Part shown: positions 12,215-25,151 of the stretch, one piece after another | How the letters are laid out: the number at the start of each line of letters is the position of its first letter | Numbering within the stretch: position 1 is the stretch's first letter | Program-made: the position numbers and the translations under genes | Assembly (NCBI RefSeq): GCF_964213995.1 | Contig: NW_027590476.1 | Coordinates: 186,001-250,000 of the forward strand | DNA length: 64,000 nt | From: Mustelus asterias | Taxonomy: Eukaryota | Reading direction: 5' to 3' | The notes under the pieces: generated by a model | The model's input: the letters and a program-made list of their open reading frames with translations, nothing else | Told to the model about the DNA's origin: nothing | The model's database searches: none

Positions 12215-12988
12215 ACTATGAACACATGGATGGGACATTTTGAAGCATTTCCCACAGTCTGAGCATTTAAAAGGTTTTTTATCACTGTGAACTCGCTGAT
12301 GTATCAGCAAATGGGATGATTGAATGAATCCCTTCCCACGCACACAGCACGTAAGTGGCCTCTCCCCCGTGTGAATGCGTTCGTGTGTCAACAGTTCAGA
12401 TGACTGTCTGAATCCCTTCCCACATTTGGAGCAGTTGAATGGCCTCTCCCCAGTGTGAGTACGTTGATGTCTCAGCAGGTGGGATGACCGAGTGAATCCC
12501 TTCCCACACTCAGAGCAGGTGAACGGCCTCTCCCCGGTGTGAATTCGCTGATGTGCAGTACGGTTATACGATTGCCTGAACCCAGTCCCACAGTGACAGC
12601 ATCTGTATGGTCTCTCGTCAGTGTGAACATGTTGATGGGACATCAATTCCCAGGAACTTTTATAACATTTCCCACAGTCTGAGCATTTAAAAGGTCTCTC
12701 CCCGGTGTGAAGTCGTTGATGAGTAAGTAGGTGGGATGACAGAGTGAATCCCTTCCCACACTCAGAGCAGGTGAACGGCCTCTCCCCAGTGTGACTGCGC
12801 TGATGAGTTTCCAGCTGGGATGGGTAATTAAATTCCTTCCCACAGTCCACACATTTCCACAGTTTCTCTATGGAGTGACTGCACTTATGTTTTGACAGGC
12901 CAGTTGATCGGCTGAAACCTCGTCCACACACAGAACACGTGTATGGTGTCTCTCCACTGTGAACGGTGCTTTTTCCTTCCATGATCAA
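12200..12988 (-). CDS. C2H2 zinc-finger gene ZNF-A (~8 fingers, some degenerate; stop codon supplied by CR1)
   Basis: CxxC...HxxxH repeats with TGERP linkers; acceptor aatttcacag at ~13091. Confidence 0.85.
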   Translation of the reverse strand: MIMEGKSTVHSGETPYTCSVCGRGFSRSTGLSKHKCSHSIEKLWKCVDCGKEFNYPSQLETHQRSHTGERPFTCSECGKGFTLSSHLLTHQRLHTGERPFKCSDCGKCYKSSWELMSHQHVHTDERPYRCCHCGTGFRQSYNRTAHQRIHTGERPFTCSECGKGFTRSSHLLRHQRTHTGERPFNCSKCGKGFRQSSELLTHERIHTGERPLTCCVRGKGFIQSSHLLIHQRVHSDKKPFKCSDCGKCFKMSHPCVHSEAEG

Positions 12989-13521
12989 AATCCACTGATA
13001 TTCAGGTTATGATAAATTGGGTGACTCCGTCAGCTCCTGATATGATGTTTGTTTTCAGTTCCCGGACTGCAAATTGTCCCACTCCAGTCCCTGTGAAATT
13101 GATTTGAAACAGGCAAAAGGGAGTGAGAGAGAACCCACACAAACACAAAGGCAGGTTGTGAAATTGAGCTGAATGAATCTGGTAATTTGTGGGGCTGGCA
13201 CTGGGGAAAAGAGACCAAGAAAACTGATCGATTGTCATAAAAACCCAACTGGTTCACTAATGTCCTTCAGGGAAGGAATCTGCCCATCCAGTCTGGGTCT
13301 ACACATGTCTCTGGCTTCTATGAGAGCTGAGGGAGAGAGAGTGCGTGGGGTAAAGGAAAAAGTGACCACGAAAACTGGATTGTCTTAAAAATCTGACTGG
13401 TTCACTAATGTCTTTCAAAGAAGGGAACCTGATCTGTGTCAATACAAGAAACTGGCTTCTATAGGACAAGGACAGAGAAGTGGGAGAAGTTGGGTGAAGG
13501 AGGCAGATTTTAGATATTTAC

Positions 13522-14713
13522 AAGACTGATTTTACCATTTCGTCGTGCCCGAAAACGGGCACGGAAACTTGATAAAGTCGGACGTGAGGCCATTAACATG
13601 ATCCGCGCTCGCGTCCACGCAGATGCCCACTTTACCAAGGTCCAAAAATGGCTGCGATCTGAATTGCGCCCAAAACGGGCACAACGGTGATTTAAATGCA
13701 TTTGCATGCATTTAAATTGAATTAATGTGCTGCGCCCCAACTTTACCAGCATTTCGCCCTTTACCGTCACGTTTGCATGTCCAGATTTGGCGCGAAACAG
13801 ACGTGCTCAGCAAAGGTCTGTTTTGGGCGCTCCAGCTTCTGAAGAGGTAAATTCAGAGCTTCCAATGGCTCTCTGACTCAGATCGATGGCGGGGTGGGGG
13901 AAGGAAGGCGGGCCAGATCATTCTCTGGGAAGGGGGTTGGGGGGGGGGACGAGAGGGAGGCTAGATCATTCTCTGGTGGGGAGGGACAGATCGTTGTCTG
14001 GAGGGGGGGCGGGGGGAGGTGGGGGTGAAGGTGGGTGGGGGGAAGGGAGGCCAGATCATTCTCTGGTCGTGGTGGTGGTGGTGGAGGGGAGGGGGAGGGG
14101 TGGGGGGGGGCGGGGGGGAGGAAAGGAGGTCAGATTGTTGTCTGGTGGGGAAGGGGGGTGTGGAGAGGGAGGCCCGATCGTTGTCTTGAGGGATATGGGG
14201 GGGGAGGGGGGGGGTGGAGGGAGGAGGGAGGCCCGATCATTCTCTGGGGTGGAGGGAGGCCCACCAGAGGTGGGGTGGGGAGGTGGGGTGGGGAGGGGGG
14301 GACCGCTGTCACTCTGCAGGCGATCAGTGGGGATGGAAGGGAGGCAGAGGGTCACAATCAGTCTGGGTAGTGGGGGGGGCTGGGTGGATAAGGGGGACAG
14401 TTATGCTGTGGGAGTGGGGCGATGTCTGTGGAGGCCATCGCTTCCAGGCTGCTTTATCTGCTTTTTGCAGCCCAGGAGGGATGTGACAGGGGCGCGTTTT
14501 TCAATTTTTTTCTCTCACTGCGCATGCGCAGTTCAAAGCTCCGATTGGAGCTGCAGCGAATCTGGCGCGATAAGCCCCGCCCACAGTGCGATTCAGACTC
14601 GTGGGTTTTTTTCAGGCTGAGTGTGTAAGGGGGCCTCTGAGAACAGGTTGCCAAGTCGGATCTGAATTGCGCCCAGATTCAGCACTTAGAATGAAAATGG
14701 TAAAATCGGGCCC
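13522..14713. mobile_element. Non-autonomous DNA transposon/MITE (Harbinger-like) with internal G-rich repeats
   Basis: Terminal inverted repeat gattttaccattt / aaaatggtaaaatc; internal gggaggccagatcattctctgg units 13890-14420. Confidence 0.65.
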
Positions 14714-14924
14714 AGAGTCTCTCAAAGCCCTCACCCACCACCAATGAGAAGGACAGGGTAGCAGTTGTGAAACCCATTACCCCCAAGTTCCTCTCCAGCT
14801 CGTACAACATTCTGATTTGTCTGAAATCCAGTATTCGGTGATCAGAAATTTCCTCCACTTAAATATTGGAAAGCCTGAAGCCAGAAGATGAGTTTCTGAC
14901 TTTATATCTGCATCATCACTAATC

Positions 14925-16110
14925 TGCACCATCACTATTTCCACCTCAGTAACATCGCCTGACTTTATCCATGCCTTAGCTCATCTACTTCTGAAACTAT
15001 ATATAAATTTGATTATTTTAACACACTCCAGGCTGGCTTTACAAGTTCTACCCTTCATAAAATAATCTAAAACTCTGCTGCTTCTGTCCTCTCTCTCACC
15101 AAGCCCGACCCACCTATCGTCCCCTCTGCTCTCTGACCCACTCTGACTCCTGGTTCAGCAGCACCTCAATTTTAAAATGCTGATCATTGTTTTTAAATCT
15201 CTCCCTGGCTGCCTCTCTCCAATCCAACAACCAGTTCTGAGACTGACAAATATCCCCCATCCAAACAGGACACACATATTGAGCAGCTGGAGACTGCAGC
15301 CTGGAACTCGGTATTGGGAGAAAGGGATGAATGAGGAGAGGCAACATTCGCGACTCCTCAGATACTGAGTCAGTCCATGTTCAAATACAACAAGATCTGG
15401 ACAATATCCAGGCTTGGGCTGACAACTAACATTCACGCCACACAAATGCCAGGCAATGATCATCAGCAGTAAGATATAATCTAACCACTGCCCCTTGACA
15501 ATCAATGTTGTTACCGTCACTGAATCACCCACTGCCAACAGTGGCGACAAGAGCAGGTCAGAGGCTAGGAACACTGCAATGAGTAACTCACCTCCTGATT
15601 CCCCAAAGCATTTCCACCATCTACAAGGCACAAGTCAGAAGTGTGATGGAATAGTCTCCATTTGCCTGGATAGGTGCAGTTCCAAAACTCATGAGGCTTG
15701 ACACCATCCAGGACAAAGCAGCCTGCCAATCAGCCTGTTTGATTGGCACCACATCCACAAACACCCACTCCATCCATCACCGATGCTCAGTAGCAGCAGT
15801 GTGTACCATCCACAAGATGAACGACAGCAATTCACCAAAGATCCTTAGACAGCACCTTCCAAACCCATGACCACTTCCATCTAGGACCAGGACAGCAGAT
15901 ACATGGAAACACCACCAGCTGCAAGCTCCCCTCCAAGTCATTAACCATCCTGACTTGGAAATATATCACCATTTTTTCACGGTCACTGAGTCAAAATGCT
16001 GGAATTTCCTCGCTAACAGCAGTGTGGATGTACCTACACCACATGGACTGCAGTGGGTTCAGGAAGGCAGCTCACCACCACCACCACCACCTGCAGGGCA
16101 ACGAAGGATG
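14925..16110 (+). mobile_element. Old L2/CR1-group LINE fragments
   Basis: L2-type ctatttccacctc..taacatcgcc at ~14935; second LINE end 15360-16110. Confidence 0.6.
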
Positions 16111-16129
16111 GACAGACAGCCAGCCACGC

Positions 16130-16760
16130 ACCTGTCCCAGACGCCAAAGATAGCCGCGCCTGCGCTCTGCTGCCCCTACAAACATGGCAGCTGCGCCTGC
16201 GCCCTGCTACACATTGCCCCTTACAAAGATGGCGCCGCCACATGCACACCAATGCACGTTTTAAATCAATGAACAGTTAACCCAGGCCGAATACAACGAG
16301 TTGCGGGTCATTTTGGTACAAATGGGGGAACGGGGAATTTCTTTTCCGGGGTTTGGGTTTGAACAGCATGTTTACGAAGCCTCTCGACTCACCCACCTGA
16401 TTGATCGCTCTTTGCGCGCCGCTCTCGACCTCGTATTAATCTCGGATCCGAGTTAAAACCGTCCGTCCGCCGCCATTACCCGCATTGCGCATGCTTCAGA
16501 TCCCGCCCCCTCATTCACTCTGATTAGTTGGACGACCAGCCGCTCCCGCTCGGTCCTCCAGCCCCGCCCCCTTTTACTATTGGTCCAAAGCTGCCGTCAA
16601 TCAGTCCCTGGGCATTGTGACGTTGGGCATGCGCAGTGCGGCTCATGTCCAGGGACAGGCGCTTGTTTGTCTGATCTTCAGGCGGGAAGGAGGCGGATAA
16701 GCGGAGGCAGCGTTAGGGGCAGTGGGTGGGAGGGGAGGCTCCACACACCCAGTGGAGGCT
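16130..16760. promoter_or_regulatory. CpG-rich, probably bidirectional promoter between ZNF-A (-) and ZNF-B (+)
   Basis: YY1-like aagatggcg, NRF1-like gcgcatgc, GC boxes, ATTGG; minus-strand donor GTGAGT at 16387-16392; paralogous to 46600-47040. Confidence 0.75.
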
Positions 16761-17264
16761 TCAACACCCCCAATAAGGAACTAGCGGCACCGCCTCAACA
16801 CCCAACACAACGGCAGCTGCAGCGCTTTCTCCCGGGGCCAGGACCCAGTGGACAAATGTGGCTTCAGGAAGGAAATGCAGCAATGGGTTTGTGAATGAGA
16901 ATCATCTTTAACTCACTTTACTGACCCTGGAGCAGGAGGAGAGAATGGGGGGAATTTCTATCCTGCACTCACACTGATGGATTTGTTTTTTGTGGGTTCT
17001 CTCTCATTCCCTTTTTCCTGTTTTAAATCAAGTTCACAGATTTTCAGAAGAGGAGGATTTGCAGCTGGGAAACTGAAACCTAATATCACATCAGAATCTG
17101 ATGGAGCCAGCACCAATTTATGAGAACCTGAATGTCATAGTATTTTGAACATGGAAGAAAATTGCACTGTTCAGAGTTGAGAGACACTGTACGCATGTTC
17201 TGTGTGTCGACAAGACTTCAATCACTCATCGGGCCTTTTGGACTGTTATTGCAGTCACAAACGG

Positions 17265-17936
17265 ATGATGGCATGGAAATGTGGGGACTGTGGGAAGGGA
17301 TTTGATTTTCCATCACAGCTGGAAACTCATCGACGCAGCCACACTGGGGAGAAGCCATTCACCTGCTCCCGGTGTGGGAAGGGATTCGCTACCTCATCCC
17401 AGCTGCTGAAACACCAACGAATTCACACTGGAGAGAGGCCGTTCACCTGCTCTGTGTGTGGGAAGGGATTCAATCAGTCATCCAACCTAGCAATACACCA
17501 GCGAGTTCACACTGAGGAGAGGCCATTCACCTGCTCTGTGTGTGGGAAGGGATTCAATCAATCATCCAAACTAGCATTACACGAGCGAATTCACACTGGG
17601 GAGAAGCCGTTCACCTGCTCTCAGTGTGGGAAGGGATTCACTCACTCAGCCAATCTGCTGAAACACCAGCGAGTTCACACTGGGGAGAGGCCGTTCACCT
17701 GCTCTCAGTGTGGGAATGGATTTACTCACTCATCTCACCTTCGGAAACACCAGCGAATTCACACTGGGGAGAGGCCGTTCACCTGCTCCGTGTGTGGGAA
17801 GGGATTCAGGCAGTCATCCACGCTGATAAATCATGAACGGGTTCATACTGGAGAGAGGCCGTTCACTTGTTCCCAGTGTGGGAAGGGATTCATTACCTCA
17901 TCCAGACTGCTGAGACACCAGCGAGTCCACAAGTAA
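17265..17936 (+). CDS. C2H2 zinc-finger gene ZNF-B (8 intact fingers)
   Basis: Uninterrupted ORF ending HQRVHK*; first ATG in frame at 17265. Confidence 0.9.
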   Translation: MMAWKCGDCGKGFDFPSQLETHRRSHTGEKPFTCSRCGKGFATSSQLLKHQRIHTGERPFTCSVCGKGFNQSSNLAIHQRVHTEERPFTCSVCGKGFNQSSKLALHERIHTGEKPFTCSQCGKGFTHSANLLKHQRVHTGERPFTCSQCGNGFTHSSHLRKHQRIHTGERPFTCSVCGKGFRQSSTLINHERVHTGERPFTCSQCGKGFITSSRLLRHQRVHK

Positions 17937-18049
17937 CTATTGTCATTGGAATTTTGCTGTTAACCATATTCAGACTGAACCATGTTCATTTGGATCTGTT
18001 TCTACTGAATTGAAAAATAACTCCAGCTCTGTTACAGGAGTTAATATAG

Positions 18050-18600
18050 TTGGTCTGAAAAGGGGAGGATTTGGGGCCAGGAAACTCGCACAAAACATCA
18101 GGTCAGGATTGGATGGAGCCACACAATTTATCATAACGTGAAAAGCAGAGAATTTTGAACACAGAAGAAAACAGCACAACCACAGTCACATTAGGGAGAA
18201 ACCATGGAACGTAGAGACTGTGGGGAGAGATTCAGTTACCCGTCAGTGTTTGAAACAGAGTTTGCCGCACTCATACTGGGGAGAGGCTCTTCACCTGCTC
18301 TGAGTGTGAGAAAGGATTCACACAGTCTTCCCAGCTGATTACACACCAGTGAGTTCACACTGAGATAATTTAGATGCTTTTACTGTGGGACTGGGTTCAG
18401 GGGACCATCTCAACTCACTGTACACCCGTGGGTTCACACTAGGGAGAGACCATTCAACTGCTCCGAGTTTGAGATTCTCTTCCGAGGAAGAGATTCAGCC
18501 GATCATCCACAATGCTGAGCCACCAGCAAGTTTACAACTAACTACAATGCTTGGATTTTTCTGTTAATCACATCCAGGACCGAACTGTGTTCAACGTAAG
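18050..18600 (+). pseudogene. Decayed tandem ZNF exon
   Basis: gagaaaccatggaa start relic, finger and linker remnants with stops, ZNF-type 3'UTR. Confidence 0.75.
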
Positions 18601-19257
18601 TGAACTGGCAAATGAGGTTAAGGGACAGGTCAATAGAGATGCAGTGGCAGACATTGATAGGAATATTTCAGAAAACCCAGGACAGATGCATTCCAATGAG
18701 AACGACAAATTCCAAGGGGAGGACCCACCATCCATGGTTCACTAAAAAGTTAAAGACAGGATCAAACTGAAAGAAAAAGGTAAATAATTGCACAAAGACA
18801 GGTGGCAGGTCAGAAAACTGGACAGAATATAAAGAACAGCAAAAAATGACAAAGGATGAAGTCCATCGGGACCCAGGGATTTGTCAGCCCACAGCTTCAA
18901 CAATTTGCTCAGTACCATTTCATAAGTAACGGTAAGTTTCCTGAGTTCCTCCCTCCCTTCCACATCCTGATAGCATATTACGTCTATCTTCTATACTATT
19001 GGGTAGAGTACTCGACTATAATGAAGACTGATGCAAAGTACCCGTTGAATTCATCTGCCAGCTCCTTACTTTCCATTAATAATTCCCAGACTCACTTTCT
19101 ATAAGATCAACATTCACTTTTAACTTTTTTTAAAATTTAGATATCCACATAAACTCTTACTATATATACATCTGTATATTTCTAGCTGTCTCTCTCTCAT
19201 ACTCTAACTCTTCTGTGACATAATGTGACATAGTGTGACATACTGATAGTGTGACAT

Positions 19258-19535
19258 AGTGTCACACTATCAGTAACCCCCACAGCTTGCCTCCTGGACT
19301 TGCTGGCTGTCCTGTCTGGAGACAATACACATCTCTTTAACCTGTGCTTAATGCTCCCTCCACTCACATTGTCTGTATCTTTAAGACCTGGTTGGCTGTA
19401 GAGAGTTGCATTCTAATCAGTATTCTGTAACTTGATTTTGTGTCTCTGTGCCCTGTTTGAGAGCAGATTTCCACTCCATCTGACGAAGGAGCAGCGCTCC
19501 GAAAGCTAATGGTATTTGCTACCAAATAAACCTGC
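19258..19535 (+). mobile_element. Penelope-like fragment with intact hammerhead (19476-19512)
   Basis: ccat-CTGACGA-a-ggagc-agc-gctcc-GAA-agct-A-atgg. Confidence 0.85.
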
Positions 19536-20109
19536 TGTACTTCAAATAACAGCCCAGGACTGCAGTGTGTTTTGACAGAAGTCATAACACTTCTATCAAA
19601 ACACACTACTCAGGTTGCCAGACAATCAAGGACCATAGACACATGTTTATTGATAATGTAGCTATGTGTACGTGCCCTATTGATGATTGGATATTGTAAT
19701 TAGGGAAAAGTGGAGTTGGTGTAATTGGTTAAACACTACTATGGGAAACAAATGAAGTAATCAGAACTATTAGTTTGGAGTAAAATTTCAATCTGTGTAT
19801 GTTAATTACCTGTAGTTGATCCTAAAGGTATAATTGTATTCTATTGTATTCCTTTGTTCTAGGAGTCTGTAGCCACATGTGTGGAAACCAGTTTGCCCTG
19901 TTATAACTTGAATAAAGGCCAATTGTAGACTCCAAAAATCTTCATCTGATTTCTCGGGGGAGTGAAGAGCTGGATAGCTGATGAAGTTTACTAACATGGG
20001 GCATGGGGAAAAGGCAGGAGAATGGCACAAAGCCATAATGCTCATTTGGAGAGCTGGTGCAGACATGGTGGGCCAAATGGCCTCCTTCTGTACCAAGCTT
20101 CTGTGAAAT

Positions 20110-20300
20110 TCAGGTCCTGATGAATTGAGTGACTCTATCAGATTTTGATGTGATGTTTGATTTGTACTTTCTATCAGTAAATCCTCATCTTCAAATCCCT
20201 TGTAAAAGGAGTTGACGGTGTCAGTGTCACTATCAGTGCAGGATAGAAATTCAGAACAGACAATTCCAGTTTCTCTGGAACATTCTTTCCACCTGTTTCC
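20110..20300 (-). pseudogene. Orphan ZNF acceptor/exon-start module without fingers
   Basis: Homologous to 29470-29645 and 43200-43375. Confidence 0.65.
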
Positions 20301-20499
20301 TCAAACATGTGATTCAATAAAACTAAAAGACCAAAATCAGCAACAAAGTCCCAACAGAATCTCCCTCTCCAGGACCACCTGGGCACAGACCAGACCACAG
20401 AAGATCAGCCGCCTCCCCCTTCAGCCCCACCCATCCTGGATCTACAGATTACTGCTTTAACCAGGATCTAGAGCAGGTCCACGAGAAGATCCTCCCAAT

Positions 20500-21520
20500 G
20501 ACTTGGATGAGGGGAGAAAAGGCATGGTAGCTAAATTTGCAGGTGGGACAAAGATTGGTAGGAAATTATGTTATGAAGGAGACATAAGGGGTTTGCAAAA
20601 GGATATCAATAGGTTGAGTGAATGGGCAAATATCTGACAGATGGAGTATATAATGTGGGAAAATGTGAAGTTCTTCATCTCGACAGGAAGAATTAAAATA
20701 ACACCGTGTTACTCAAACTGGAAATGGTTGCACAATTCTGAGGTGCATAGGAATTTTGGTGTTCTTGTGTATGAGCTACAATAAGTATGGAGGTACAGAA
20801 TGTAATCAAAAAGGATAAGGTAATGCTATTCTTTATTTTGTTGAACATTAAAGTAAGGATGTTATGCTTCAGTTATACACGACATTGATGACACCACATT
20901 TCAAATATTGCATGCAGTTTTGGTCTCCCTATGTAAGGAAGAATGTAATTGGCTTGGAGGTGGTTGAGGGCATGTTTACTAGATTGATACCTGGCATGAG
21001 CAGATTGCTTTATGAGGAAAGGCTAGACAGACTGGGTGTGTTTCCACTGGAGTTTAGAAGAGTGAGGGGTGACTTGATAGAAGTAGGTGAGATCATGAAT
21101 GGTCTTAACAAGGTGGATGTAGAAAGGATGTTTCCGTCTGTGGGTGACCCAGAACTAGAGGGCACTGTTTTAAAATTATGGGTCACCTTTTTAGGACAGA
21201 GATGAGAATTTTTATCCGAGGGTTGCACAATTTTGGAACTCAGAAGGTGATGCAGGCGATGTCATTGAATATTTAAGGCAGAGGTAGATAGATTTTTGTT
21301 AGGAAAAGGAATAAAAGGTTATTCGGGTGAATGGAAATGTTTTTTTATGGAATATTTTTAAGACAGAGATGGCAGATTCTTGTTCAGCAAGAGAATCAAA
21401 GGTGGGAGTTGGGAATGTGGAATTCGAAACACAAATGGATCAGCCATGATCTTAATTGAACATCAGGAGCGAGCTAGAGGGGCTGAATGGTCTGTTTCTG
21501 CTCCTGTTTTATAAGTTCAG
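20500..21520 (+). mobile_element. Degenerate CR1 LINE
   Basis: MLQLYTTLMTPHFKYCMQFWSP. Confidence 0.88.
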
Positions 21521-22579
21521 ACTTTAAATTCAGGATTTATATCACCTAATCTTGTTATCTGCAACTTAATTGATAACAGCCACTCACCCCCAACTTCCCA
21601 CTTCATTAATTCACTTTGTTTGGAACAGAATTTTAACCAGTTAAAACCAAATTAAGGCAAAATTAAAATTTTCCAGATGGTAAATACAAAAAGAAGTTTA
21701 TTGCAATAAAAAGATTTACTTTAAGACAATGATGTTTACAACTCTGTCTGGGTGATAAGTCCATAGAAGTCTGGCTCCTTCTTTAACAGTAATTCTTGTG
21801 GAATTCAGCCTTGGGAGTCTGTGTTCTTCTTTGACAATAATTTCCCTGGAACTCTGTCTCAGGAATCTTCAGCTGTTGGCTGGAAAAAAAACCTTTGGAA
21901 TTTCTACTTTTATCCCCAAAGTGACTGTGACCTCGCGTTAGAGTTGAACCTGTTGTAACAGGACATTTGGTCAATTTGCTGACTAGATTAATTGGATCAC
22001 CAATTAATTACTTCATTGTCTCTCATTTTCTTAGAGGTATTTCATACCATCTCTTTATCCAATTCTATACAATCGGACAATTCAAATTTTGAGACAAATC
22101 AAAGCTTGAAGATCTCTCCTGCCACTCCAGTTATCTTCATTGCACATTCTTTGCATAGCTATTAAGGTTTTTCATTTTTACAGTAAATAAAACTCAGTCT
22201 TTTGCTATAATGACTGATTCATGAATTGTAACTCAATTAAAGCTCATGACTGAACCAATCATTTGTTGCTAATTAGTACAGTAATCTTTAATTCATTTCA
22301 TTAATACAAGATAGGCTGGTTCAAAAAGACAGATTGTGGAAGACAACAGCTTTCTCTCTTGCTGATCTTGATCAGATTATATAATGAGCCTTATTCTTGA
22401 GCTGGAGTTTGGCAGATTATGATGTCCAGTAGCTTTTTAAAATTAGTTGTTTGTTTAAACAATTTCTGCCAGCTCTGCAGTTTCTCACATTTCAGGTTAT
22501 ACAATTTGAATTTTTAAAATGAAGATCCACCTTTTACAATATTATACCGGCCAGTACAACAGAGTTCGACCCCTGTTAT

Positions 22580-23361
22580 CACTTGTAAACTCTCTGGTGT
22601 CTCAGCAACTTGGATGAATCACTGAATCACTTCCCAAACTCAGAGCAGGTGAAAGGCTCGTGCCCAAGTGAATTTGCTGGTGTTTCAGCAGATTTGATGA
22701 TTGAGTGAATCCCTTCCCACACACGGAGCAGGTGAAAGGCCTCTCCCCAGTGTGAATGCGCTGATGTGCTATCAGGGTGGCTGACAGAGTGAATCTCTTT
22801 CCACAAACAGAGCAGGTGAACGGCCTCTCTCCAGTGTGAATTCGCTGGTGTGTCAGGAGAGCGGATGACTGAGTGAATCTTTTTCCACACACTGAGCAAT
22901 TGAATGGCCTCTCCCCGGTGTGAACTCTGGTGTGTCAGCAGGTTAGATGACTGAGTAAATCCCTTTCCACACTCAGGGCAGGTGAATGGCTTCTCCCCAG
23001 TGTGAACTAGGTGGTGTGTCAGCAAAGTGTATGAATCTCTGAATCCTTTTCCACACACACAACAGGTGAATGGCTTCTCCCCAGTGTGAACCTTTTGGTG
23101 TGTCAGCAGCGTGGATGAATCTCTAAATCCCTTCCCACACTGTGAGCAGGTGACTAGCCTCTCCTCAGTGTGAATTCGCTGGTGTCTCAGCAGATTCGAT
23201 GAATGATTGAATCCCTTCCCACAAGTGCAGCATATGAACGGTCTCTCCCCGGTGTGACTGCGTCGATGAGATTCCACCTCAGATGGGGCTCTGAATCCCT
23301 TCCCACAGTCTCCACATTTCCATGGTTTCTCCATGGTGTCGGAGTCCTTGTGTCTCTCCAC
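22580..23361 (-). pseudogene. ZNF-C, frameshifted near 22925
   Basis: Fingers split between ORFs 22627-23361 and 22602-22892. Confidence 0.85.
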
Positions 23362-23646
23362 AATCAGTGCACTGGAACACTCTGATACGGGTGTGAGAAT
23401 CTCAGTGCTTTTCCACTCACACTGGTGTTAAAAAGGCTGATGATTTTCACGTCCTTATGAATCAAGTGACTCTTTTGAGATTTCCATTTTCCAAACCTCT
23501 CCTTCCGATATCCACTGAAAGGAGTTTACAAAAATCATCACTGTCAGCACATGATAGAAATTCAAAACAGACAATTGGAACATTCTTTAAATCTCCACCC
23601 ACGCCCCTCACACATACACTCTCTCTCTCATTCCATTTAGCATTCT

Positions 23647-23905
23647 GCAGCACGGTGACACAGTGGTTGGCACTGCTGCCTCACAGCGCCAGGGACCTGG
23701 GTTCGATTTCCGGCTTGGGTCACTGTCTGTGTGGAGTTTGCACATTCTCCCCGTGTCTGCGTGGGTTTCCTCCCACATTCTGAAAGACGTGTTGGTTCGG
23801 TGCATTGACCCGAACAGGTGCCAGAGTGAGATGACTAGGGGAATTTCACAGTAACTTCATTGCAGTGTTAATATAAACCTTACTTGTGACTAATAAATAA
23901 ACTTT
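23647..23905 (+). mobile_element. tRNA-derived HE1-type SINE; other copies ~25270-25612(-), 31283-31580(-), 33171-33425(+), 33748-34045(-), 34063-34399(-), 46333-46396(-), 47608-47935(-), 51219-51398(-)
   Basis: gcagcacggt..cagtggttagcactgctgcctcacagcgccaggga..gggttcgatt head with A/B boxes. Confidence 0.85.
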
Positions 23906-24457
23906 AATATACACCCACCCAATTCTCCTGAAGGTGCTAATTAATGCTGATCGACACTCACCATTTCATGTTCCTGACAGATCGTAAGAAATAGTTAGAA
24001 CTTCAGCTCACCAAGCTGTTCAATTGAATTTTTAAAATTCATTTATGGGACACGGATGTTGCTGGCTGGCCAGCAATTATTACCCATCCCTAGTTGCCCT
24101 TGGAGGGCAGTTGAAAGTCAACCACATTGTTCTGGCTTTGGAGTCACATGTCGGCCAGACCAGTTAAGGATGGCAGATTTCATTCCCTAAAGGACATTTG
24201 TGAACCAGATAGGTTTTTCCGACAATTGACAAGGGTTTCATGGTCATCAGTAATTTCTTAATTCCAGATATTTTTAATTGAATTCAAATTCCACCAGCTG
24301 CTGTGGGGTGGGATTGTTGTCGGTGCAGACTCGATGGGCTGAATGGCCTCCTTCTGTACTGTAGGATTTCTATGATTCTATGACAGGATTCAAACCCGGG
24401 TCCCCAGAACATTCGCTGAGTTTCTGAATGAATAGTCCAGCAATAATACCACAAGGC

Positions 24458-24870
24458 CATCACCTCCCCATCAAGATCATGGCTGATCTGATTGTGATCT
24501 GAACTCCACTTTTCTTCCTGTCACCCTTGACTCCCTTTTCAATCAAAAATCTCTGTGTTTTGAGTATATTTAATGATGCAGCTTCCACTGCTCTCTGGGG
24601 AAGAGAATTGCAAAGACTAACGGCCCTCTGAGGGAAGACATTTCTCCTCCTCGCCATCAGAAATGGGGGACCCTTTATTTTGACAATCTGCCCACTAATT
24701 CTAGAATCCCCAACATTGGAAACATCCTCTCTTCATCGATACTAATCACTACCTCACAATCTGATGTCAATACTATGATCACCTCTAAACTCCAGTCAGT
24801 ACAGTCCCAAACTTTCCTCACAAAACAACACCTTCATCCCAGGTATCAGCCTGCAGATCCTTCTCTGAAC
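24458..24870 (-). mobile_element. Degenerate CR1; another at ~25670-26190 (+)
   Basis: FPQRAVSLCNSLPQRAVEAASLN. Confidence 0.75.
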
Positions 24871-25047
24871 TGACAATGACAGAGAGGTGATCAGGGAGGG
24901 AAGAGGTGAAACAAAGCAATGGATGGACATGGATTCAGATCCACAGTAACGGAGTCACACCAGCCCCAGAGACGTGGAACCAGAGTACAGATAACAGAGC
25001 ACAGCAGGAAAATTCAAAATTATAGGTAAATGTTCAACAATACTCAC

Positions 25048-25151
25048 CTCTGAAACAATTTCAGTGTTTTCAAATTTGAAACCTGCGGCTGGAAAGATGT
25101 CAGAAGCACTGGAATCAGAGAAGAATTGCAATCTTCAAATATTCTAACTCC
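25048..25151 (-). other. Candidate internal 5'UTR exon of ZNF-C
   Basis: ctccttttgcag acceptor (same type as ZNF exon acceptors) and GAG|GTGAGT donor. Confidence 0.5.

Noticed and set aside
13886-14620. Gly-rich 244-aa ORF
   Set aside because: G-rich internal repeat of a MITE
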